A stretch of DNA of 64,000 bases from NCBI RefSeq assembly GCF_009914755.1, contig NC_060941.1. One strand, given 5' to 3'. Below the pieces are notes generated by a model. That model searched no databases, was not told where the DNA came from, and saw nothing but the letters and a program-made list of their open reading frames with translations. Position numbers and translations under genes: made by a program. The first letter of the stretch is position 1, and each line of letters starts with the position of its first letter. This DNA comes from the human T2T-CHM13v2.0 reference genome, Homo sapiens. This document shows positions 37,455 to 64,000 of this stretch, in pieces.

Positions 37455-37800
37455 TCACTCATTCATTCATTCAGCATTGGGTGCTCCCTGTGGACTTGGC
37501 GCTGGGGTCCCGTGGAGGACAAAGCCAGACACAGTCCTTGCCCTCATGGGACTGCACAAGTGCAAGACCACATCAGTAAACGTGAAACACAGGAAGTGAC
37601 AGGTGTGACAAAGGGGACCAGTGGCAGGACAGAACCTGGGGTTCGTAGGACCAGGTCAGGAGGGCTGCCTCGGGGGGACACCTTCGGGCTGAGCGCAGAA
37701 GGATGAGGGGAGTAAACCAGGCTCAAACCCAGCAGGCAGAGGCGATCGCTGCAGGCAACCGGCAATGTGTTCAAAGGCCCTGGGGCGCGGGGGGCTGAGG
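37455..37800. mobile_element. L2 fragment
   Basis: cactcattcattcattcagcattgggtgctccctgtg. Confidence 0.55.
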
Positions 37801-37850
37801 CCGGCAGCACGGCAGGAAGTAAGACTGGGGTTGAAAGAGACTGACTGTCA

Positions 37851-38300
37851 TGTTGTGAAATATACACTTGGTTTTCATCTCCATTTCCTGGCACACAACT
37901 CCTAAAATCCTTGGAATCTCCAAAGTGATGTCTTTTTGGATGCTCATGATTGACAGACCAGCTGGCAGCTTCAGGATGGTTCCCAGGGAAGACCAGGTAG
38001 AATCACAAGGTTCAGCACCACCCCGCAACCTCCAGGTAGGGGAGAGGGGCTGAAGGTTAAGCAGATCATCAGCGGCCAATGATTGAATCAATCATGCCTT
38101 CGTAATGAGGCCTCCGTGAACACTCAGAAGGATGGGGTTCCGGGAGCTTCTGGATGGTTGAGCATGTGGAGGCTCCTGGAGGGTGGAGCGCCTGGGGAGC
38201 ACATGGAAGCTCTGCGTCCCTCCCCCATACCTTGCCCTACACATCTCTTCCCCTGTATCCTTTGTAATATCCTTTATAATAAACTAGTAAATTCCATGAG
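37851..38300 (+). mobile_element. MER21-type LTR (partial)
   Basis: ctcctaaaatccttggaatctccaaagtgatgtc...ggccaatgattgaatcaatcatgcc...gtatcctttgtaatatcctttataataaac. Confidence 0.75.
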
Positions 38301-39157
38301 CCCCAGGAACATGTGTAAAAGAAAAAAAAAAGAATAAACCATAGCTGCTGTAGCAAGTTAATCCTACCAGCACTGGCTCTCATCTGCCGACCTTACCTCT
38401 GGCAATGCCTCCCTCTCCTGGGCTCCTGGGACCCCTCCGGCCCCACCACCCCTCCTGTAGTGGTCTCGCTGGCTGCTGCCCTCAGGTTAGTTTATTTTTA
38501 CCCGGCCTGCTCCCACCAGGGGCTGAGGCCTCCCTGCTCACTCCAGCTTCCTGGCCCGTCTCTTGCTCTGGGCACCCCCCCACTCCGAACGGCCAGAGCT
38601 TCTGAAGCCGCTCGCTGTGTGCCCCCGCCTGGCCCCATGCATCCCGCACGGTGCTCCCCAGGGTCTCCCACTGGCAAGGGCATTGGCATAGATTCTGGGG
38701 CTGCCTTGGTTCAAGCCCACCCTGACTTGGAGCCTGAGGGTCCCTGAGGGGGTCCTGAAGGCCAGGGCAGGCAAGGCTGGCATGCTCTGGGCAGTGGGGG
38801 CTGGGTATGGGAGGGGATCGTGGGTGGGGAGATTCCTCTTAACCAGCGGCCCACGTTTGGAGACTGATTTGGGCTCCAGGCTACGCCTTGAAATTGGGAC
38901 AGAGAGTGGCGCAGATCTCAGCCCGGAGACTCCCTCTGCCTGTGGACGCCCTCATACCTCCATCCGTGGAGCCACCCTCCTCTTTTTTTTTCTAAATGGG
39001 GAAACTCTGACTTGAACACTGAATAAACAACACACCCTCGAAATCAGCGAAGAGGCACTGGCTCTGAAACTTTGCCATGAAAGCTTGAAAATGCTCTTTG
39101 GACCGATTTGCTGGAACAGACGGGTGTGATGGGGCTGCGGGGTTTCAGGTGGCAGGA

Positions 39158-39447
39158 GGCGTCCCCGTGCCTAGGGCATCCCGATGCTCAGAGTTTCCCC
39201 GTGCCCAGTGTGTCCCTGTATCCAGGGCATCCCCATGCCCAGGGTGTCCCCGTGCCTAGTGTGTCCCTGTATCCAGGGCATCCCCATGCCCAGGGTTTCC
39301 CCGTGCCCAGGGTGTCCCTGTATCCAGAGCATCCCCATGCCCAGGGTGTCCCCGTACCCAGGGTGTCCCCGTTCCCAGGGCGTCCTGTGCCCAGGGTGTC
39401 CCTGTATCCAGGGCGTCCCCATGCCCAGGGTGTCCCCATGCCCAGGC
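39158..39447. repeat. Minisatellite, 17-bp monomer CAGGGTGTCCCCGTGCC with 51-bp higher-order trimer, about 17 monomers
   Basis: Direct reading; 17-aa periodicity in the translated frames. Confidence 0.92.
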
Positions 39448-39548
39448 ACTGCCTCTCCCCACTTTCCTAATCTCCCTCCACCAACAGGTGTCAGCTGTGA
39501 AATGCCTGCTGTGTGTGTCCTTTGGTTGAGTTCATCTTGTGCTCTTAA

Positions 39549-39900
<352 letters not shown>

Positions 39901-42300
39901 TGAATGTTTATTGAGGCCTACTATGTGCAGCCCCTCTCTTAGGTGCTTGGCCTGTAATGAGGAGCAACAAAGACACAGTCGCTGGTCGCTTGTTACTTAA
40001 CAGTTGGAACTGAGAGGCAGTCCACAAATGAGCAAATCCATAGGTGGTTTTAGATGAGGACTGTGAAGAAGCTAAGAACAGGTTGCTGGGGGTGCATATC
40101 TGTGTGTGTGGCGAGGGGATTAATGGAAGCCCTTTCTGAGTGGTGACACTGAGCTGAAGCTGTAATGACCAGAAGGACCCAGCCAGGCCAAAATCCAAGG
40201 GAAGAGCAACCTGGCAAAGGAAACAGCAGGTGTGAAGGCCCGAGGCTGGAGCCTGGGGAAGGTGGGAGTGGCTGGAGTGTGTTTTCAGAGACGGGCCATG
40301 GTGACACCAATGCGACAGGCAGGGCCAGGTCGTGCCGGGCCTTGGAGGCCCTGGTGAGGGCTTGATTTTATTCTCACTATGGTGGGACCTCAGTGCCCTG
40401 TGGCTGCTGAGAATGGCCAGGGGCAGGCAGGGAGGCCTGCTAGGGAGGAGGCTGCTGCAGGCCCTGCAGCTGGAGAGGGAGGATCAGGATCTCTTTAGAG
40501 AGGAAGTTGGAGAGGGAGGATCTCTTTGATTGCTGGATGGACCCACCTGCCTGGCTGCCCCCGTCAGCATCCAGCAGAGGCCACTGGATGCTGACAGGTG
40601 GCCGGCCCTGCCCAGCCTTGCACTGCCCTGTGCTGCCCTGGTGGCTGCCGGCTTTAGGAGGAGCGCTTTTGGTGTCTGAGCCCAGTGGTCCTGGCTGTGG
40701 TTTGGTACACTTGGCCGTGGGTGAGGCCAAGGTGGTTTGGATCCTGGGAAGGTTGGGTGCCTGGCAGCCTCAAGGCAGGAGCTGGGGTGTTGGAGGAGGA
40801 AGCACGCTCATCCCTCGTTCCTTCCTGTTTCGTGGGATGCTGAGTCTCTGGGCAGGGACATGGTGAGCCCTGGTGTGATGCACTTAACACCTGCTGGTGC
40901 CCCCATCCCCAAGCAGGAACCCTGGTGCCTGGTGCCTGAGGACTGCTGTCCACCGTCCCACCATCCTTCAGGTTTCTTCCCAGCCTCTGACTCGGGGCAA
41001 GGTTCAGATATCCAGAACATTCTTGGCTGGCTCTTGGAGCTGGGGTGAGGCAGAACCTCCCTCCCATATTTACAGCACCAGCCAAGGCTTCGGGGTTTGG
41101 ACACCATCCCTGGGAGGGGTGAGCAGGACAAGTGAGGTCTCCAGACTTGGGGTGGCTTCGGACTGGCCAGGCAGGTGGGTGGGGGCTGCAGTCCATGCCC
41201 CCGCTCCAGGCAACACAGTCGAGCTGCAGCCCCCGCTCCATCCCCAGCTGGGGCTCCCTGTGCTCACCTTCTGCTTCCTTCCTCTCCCTCGGAATGGGGG
41301 GTGGACACTCCAAGACTAGCCTCCCAGCCACTCTCCCTGCCTCCTGCCTCCTCTCCTTCGGGACAGACCCCTGTGATCGCTGGGTGTTCCTGATGCTCTG
41401 TCCCCTCTGCGTCCTGTGCCGTGGGTGAGAGAGGGCTTCGGGGGGACTTCCCCCTCTTGGAGCACCTGCTGCTCCGGGTGCCTCTGGGGGCGGGCCCCCA
41501 CCTCACATTGTGGAGCTGGTGTAGGAAGGAAGGTGCCGGGAGCCAGCTCCAATTCACGTGCTGGCTGTGGCCCTCAAGGTGTGGATGGCAGGAGGTGGTG
41601 AGACAGGGACTCATTGATCATGGGACTGACACCCCCTCATGTTGATGTGGGCCCTGAGCCATAATCTCACCAGCTCCTGAGTTTTGGCGCTGCTCTTGGC
41701 GATGGCGTGGACTCAGCCAGGCTCTCGGGCAGCCTTTCCTGGATTCTTCCTCCGTTCTCCCCTGGGCAGTGTTTCTGTTCACCTGGAAAGGATGGGTAGG
41801 ACTTGGAGACAACAGGGATTCAAAGAAGTCGGGAGTGGGGGCACCTGTGCAGCTCACCCTGCAGAACAGACAATTTGGTTAAAGCCTAAAGCCTGCTGTC
41901 AGGAGCCTCGCTTGCCTCTCAGAGAGCACATGGCTTGACCATCACGGGGACTGGGGGAGAGGCACAGGCATGCCTGTCCGGCAGCAGAAGGGAACCCCGG
42001 GCCTGGGCCTCTCCATTCTGTGGCGTTGTCTTTCCTCAGAGTTGCACTGTCTCCCTCACTGTCCCTGCCTGGCCCCAGTGCTCATGTGGCTTGTGGCCCT
42101 CAGTCTGGGCTTGGTCTCCCGCAATTCACCCTGCCCAGCCCCACACAGCTTGTCCCTCCAGCTGGGAATCGGAGCTCACCTGGAGTCCCAGGCAGCAGAT
42201 TCGATGCAGTGATGCAGGGCTGTCAGCCATGCCAGCAGGCCCTGCTGCTCACAGAGGGATGGGTATTGCTGTTGACAATAATTAAAGAACTACGGCTTCA

Positions 42301-42449
42301 GGCTGGGTACAGTGGCTCACACCTGCAATCCCAGAACTTTGGGAGGCCGAGGCAGGAGAATCAATTGAATCCAGGAGTTCCAGACCAGGCTGGGCAACAT
42401 AGCAAGGCTTTGTCTTTACAAAAAATAAAAAATAATAATAATAATAAAA
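42301..42449 (+). mobile_element. FLAM/Alu monomer
   Basis: TSD-like aactacggcttca / aactacagcttca. Confidence 0.8.
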
Positions 42450-42809
42450 ACTACAGCTTCAGAATGATTGACTTCAGCATGTTTATAAAGTCAAGGGTCT
42501 TCAGTGTCCTGGGCCTATGTCACTGCGTCAGAGGGAGAGAGGAAGAGGCTGGGGTGATGGGCACTGGGGCTTATGCTCCTCCTGGAATGGGTGGTCTTGG
42601 ACTGTGCCTGTGTGATATGTTTGTCGAGCGGGGGCGGTGTCCACTGAGGACTGGATGTTGAGGTGTGGGTGGGGGGAGATTATGAAGCACTGGGCATTTC
42701 CCGTGCACCAGTGCCCCGAGATTGCAGAGAGGGGACCCGCCCAGCCTGGGCAGGGAGGCGGGTGGCAGCGAGGAAGGGGAGAGGAACTCGGGTGCAGAAA
42801 GCCTTTCCT

Positions 42810-42823
42810 CCAGCAGGTGGCGC
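42810..42823 (+). promoter_or_regulatory. CTCF core motif
   Basis: CCAGCAGGTGGCGC matches CCASYAGRKGGCRS at every position. Confidence 0.6.
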
Positions 42824-43149
42824 CGCAAGCTCTCGAGAGTCCAGCTCCTGCGGGGTTTGCATTTTCACTGAATTTGTGGGCAGAGGCTGCCTGGGTGTAG
42901 TTTCCGCCAACTGTGACTGCTCACTGCGGGCGAGGGGAAGTGGAGTGCAGAGAATGCACCGGAGGGCAGATGACCAGCCCCCGCACAGGCACGGGGGTGC
43001 CTCCTTCCCCGCACAGGCACGGGGGGCCCGAGCCCTTGGGGTTCCTGTCCTAACTGGGCGGGGAAAGGGAGGGTTGGAAGCTGAGTTAGGGGGAAAGGGG
43101 GTGGTCTCCTGCCATCTCTTTTATTTTATTTTTCCTATTTTTGGTTGAT

Positions 43150-48970
<5,821 letters not shown>

Positions 48971-48972
48971 TA

Positions 48973-53476
<4,504 letters not shown>

Positions 53477-53808
53477 TGTTCCTTGTCATTGTAATGTCGG
53501 TAGGATCCGTAAGGAAAACACTTCATTCCTTTTATTGTGACTTTATGTTCGCCATCTCCCTCTCATCAGCAGCCTGGCTAGGAGGTTATCAATCTAGATC
53601 TTTTTAAAGAACCAGCATTGGACTCCCCTTTTCTGGTGTCCATTTCCTTGAGTTTCTCTGTTATCTTCATTACTTCCTTCCTTGTACTTGCTTCAGCGCA
53701 TTAGTCAGGGCCCAGTCAGGAAACAAAAACCACACCGGCAATTTGAATAGCAACTTGTAATATAAAGTGTTCTTAACTGTAAGAGGTAGTTAACTATTAA
53801 AGGGATCA

Positions 53809-55030
<1,222 letters not shown>

Positions 55031-55072
55031 AGAGGACTCTAAGGAGTATAGAAAGAGCAAATATGAGAAGCA

Positions 55073-56485
<1,413 letters not shown>

Positions 56486-57049
56486 CATGTATGCAAACAC
56501 ACAGAAGCAGTTACTACCACTGGGGTTGATGGAAAAGAAACCAAGAACTCGGAGCGTCCTCCACACCTTGCCACGTCTTACGTTCAGGCCTTGTTGGAGA
56601 GTGTGTGACTGCCACAGAAACCTGCAGCCTACTGGTAACAAAAAGGTTCTTGCCAGAAGGTGTAGAAAGAGTGGATCTGCAGGATCAGCTTACTGGGTAG
56701 CCGAGAAACCTACTAGAGGGTATGGGTGGGCAGGAGCTGGGTGTCTGAGAAGTTTGCTGAGGTCCCATTGGGCTAGAGCTGGGGTGCTGGAGAAACTCAG
56801 TACAGAGCAGGCCCCACTGGGCACACGCCACTGGCAGCTGTGCCTTCAGAGGAAAAAGAGACCCTGGAACCAGGAAGAGAAGCTGCTACCTCAGCAAGGC
56901 CTGGCAGCTCCCCACAGTGTTGTCCCCTGTGGATAGAGCCTGACATGACTGTATTTGGCCAAGGAGAAAGACTCATAAGGCCTCGGTCCAGTATCACGGA
57001 GCGGGGCCTGGCAGGATGTATGCAGAGTTAAGAGGCAATACATGGGTAA

Positions 57050-57390
<341 letters not shown>

Positions 57391-57399
57391 CATTTTTCC

Positions 57400-60760
<3,361 letters not shown>

Positions 60761-61754
60761 AGTTTGATTGCTCAGTACCTACCTCTGGGCAAAAAAGCCT
60801 CCAGAAACCAGAAACTTATCTAGTTTTATTCCCCTCTGTCAGGTGTAGACTCTACTCCAGCTTCTACCTACTTGAGATATTCTATACTGACTCCAGGCTG
60901 TTGTTATTTTGTTCTTTCAAATATTTTGTCCAGAGCTATAATGTTTTCTGCAGAATTGACCAGATAGCAGCTACTCTCTGTGACCAGGAGCCTTGATCTT
61001 CCAGACTTGCTGATGGGCTCACAAAGCTCCTGCCCGTGGCCCTCAGTTGGCAGTGGCCTCTCTGCCTTGAAGTTGCCATGAGTGTGTAAAACCTACAGGC
61101 TCAACCTTCCTCATTAGTACAGTCCAGAAAAGTGGAATTCCTGGTCTGGGTGGCTATGGTGCCCTAGACCACTGGCTAGACCAGGGTGGTGACTGCCAGC
61201 TGGCCGAATGTGGGGTCTCCAGCCTAGCACCCTTGGACTCTACCCCAGGAGTTATGGCTGTTTCAGGGCCAGGGGCCTGGCCTCAGCCCCTGTCCCCCTT
61301 CTCTTCTCCTCAAGTTGCCCAGCATCAGGTCCCAACCAGCATCTTTTGCAGACAGGGTGGGTCGGCTCCTCACTAGAGGGGCAGGGTTGGGAGGGAAGCC
61401 TGTTGAGCCCTCCTTCCTGTGCAGCCCACAGCCCTGGGGTTAGCTCCAGAGGGGTGCAGAAAGGAGCCCCCAAAGGCAGAAACTCACCCTTCTCTCTGTT
61501 CTTGTGCTTCCAGGGATAAAGGAGAGGTGGTCCTAGCTGGGGGGCTACCAGTGGCATGCAGGAGGCCCACATGACCACTGTTTGCTGGGGCCTTTCCTTC
61601 TCTGTGAGAGAGACGAGAGAGAGGAGAGAGAGTGTGAGTCAGGGTAGTGTCTTCTTCCAGTAACGCAGACTTCTGCACGTGTTCTCTAGGAGAAATCCCG
61701 TCACTCGCTAGAGCTCTAGATCTGGAAGAAGCTCTGCCTCTCTTCTCTCCTCCA

Positions 61755-61759
<5 letters not shown>

Positions 61760-61797
<38 letters not shown>
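61760..61797. repeat. (GT)19 microsatellite
   Basis: Direct reading. Confidence 0.96.
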
Positions 61798-61800
<3 letters not shown>

Positions 61801-62098
61801 CACATGCATTACACCCTTCTACAGAGGAAATAATTCCCGTCCAAGTGCAAAGGTTGGGATTGGAGCAGGCAGCATGTGGGCTAAAGGAGCAGAGAGGAGG
61901 AAACGGGGGCGGGGGTGAGGGTGGGAACAGGAGGTGGGTAGATGCCACGAGGCATGCCTTCCACAACTAGAAGGGCTGGTGGAGATGACCAGAATGCTCC
62001 AGACAGACCTTTTATCAAACTTCCAAAATTCAATCTTGTTTCATGAAGCCTGAGGACCCTGCAGAGTGAAAGACAAGGAAGGGCTTTCCTGCAGGGGG

Positions 62099-62386
62099 GT
62101 GTGTGTGCCTGTGTGTGCCTGTGTGCTGTGTGCCCCCATGTGTGTGCACGTGTGGACCTGTGTGGTGTGTGCCTGCACATGTGTGCACGTGTGGACCTGT
62201 GTGGTGTGTGCTGAGTGTGTATATGTGTGTGCCTGTGTGCTGTGTATGCACTTGCACATGTGTACACAGATCTCATTTTCCTTTTTTCTGGCTTACTAAG
62301 TGCCAGAAAGAATTTCCGTGAGCCTCTCCACCCTTCCCAAGGCTGCACATGGAGGGACTTGCGCAGGCACATGTGCGCGTGCACAC

Positions 62387-62426
<40 letters not shown>
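62099..62426. repeat. Degenerate (TG)-rich tract (62099-62265) and (CA)19 microsatellite (62389-62426)
   Basis: Direct reading. Confidence 0.92.
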
Positions 62427-62430
<4 letters not shown>

Positions 62431-63204
62431 TCAGGGGCGAGCACTCCTGTGGATTGTACCTAGGCCTGGCAGGAAACCGGGTTCTGGGAAACTGTAGGCC
62501 CCACCTTTGGCAGAAAACCATGTTTTTGTTGCTGCTCGTTGAAGGGAACATTAAGTGGGGCTGGGGACAGTTTATGTTGAGAAGAGCAAATTTTGCCTAT
62601 GGCACTGGGGACATTGAGTGGCTCCTGTCCCGGGCTCTGGAGGGCTTGGGAGACACGTCTGCAGCTCTGGGCATCTCTCAAGGTCACGGGCGGCCACACT
62701 CAAGGTTAGGCCCTCCTCTGTGTGAGCTGCGGTCAGCAGGAAGGCTGACCTCAGAGGCGGCCCCAGGGCCCTTGGAGGCCCTGCCCCTGAGACATGGGCC
62801 AAGGTCAGAGAGCCGAGAAGGCTGCTGCTGAGGACTCTGGTTGGCGCCCAGCCCAGCGGCCCTTCAGGCGGGCCCTGTGCAGGGGCTGATGAAGTCAGCT
62901 GGGAAATCTGTGAAATAAAGCACAGGTCCCCCAGGCTTGCCCAGAGCCCCGGCATCAGATGAGGTGCAGAGAAGGGAACTGAGCTGCCAAGTGTGAACAG
63001 GAGAGAGGAGCCCCAGGACCACACAGGGGCCCCGACATGGCAGGTGCTTGGTCAGCAGCGGTGCTGCCCTTACTGCTGGACGTGGGAAAATGCACTGACA
63101 CTTGCTGACCAGAGCCGGGGTGAGCATCTGGGTGACCCTGCAGATGAGACAAAATAAGGGCTGCCGTGGGGGAGGGGCCCTTGCTGGGCCACCCTGCTGA
63201 GGCC

Positions 63205-64000
<796 letters not shown>

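Noticed and set aside
38513-38525. CTCF-like CCACCAGGGGCTG (also partial matches near 6831, 23381, 40571)
   Set aside because: One G short or mismatched at core positions

Overview
Human (primate) genomic DNA from the 5' region of SEPTIN9 (SEPT9/MSF, chr17q25.3), transcribed on the + strand. Only two coding segments are present. One is the 57-nt exon at 18383-18439 (GGTRTSSGRLRRLGDSSGP, the isoform-1-specific N-terminus). The other is the alternative first exon of isoform 3, with a long 5'UTR and ATG 31569 encoding MERDRIS up to the donor at 31590. The rest is intron: a GC-rich block (about 1-43100) with many Alus, MaLR/ERVL LTRs, MIR/L2 and hAT elements, then an AT-rich block (about 43150-61000) of old L1 fragments, a near full-length Tigger1 split by seven Alus, MER21 and MER47A. 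Three minisatellites and several STRs are present. Almost all ORFs in the track are Alu, repeat or chance frames. I see no novel multi-gene system. The best leads are regulatory or splicing hypotheses: (1) the isoform-3 first exon has an internal 3' splice site, stacked uORFs and an open non-AUG in-frame extension next to a known neuralgic-amyotrophy UTR variant; (2) a UG-repeat-flanked, in-frame cryptic exon candidate lies at 61756-61914; (3) smaller leads are an orphan retroposed insert, a young foldback hairpin, a miR-1302-like MER53 hairpin, near zero-spacer inverted Alu pairs and a consensus CTCF site at the compositional boundary. Repeat family names come from recalled consensus sequences and their boundaries are approximate.
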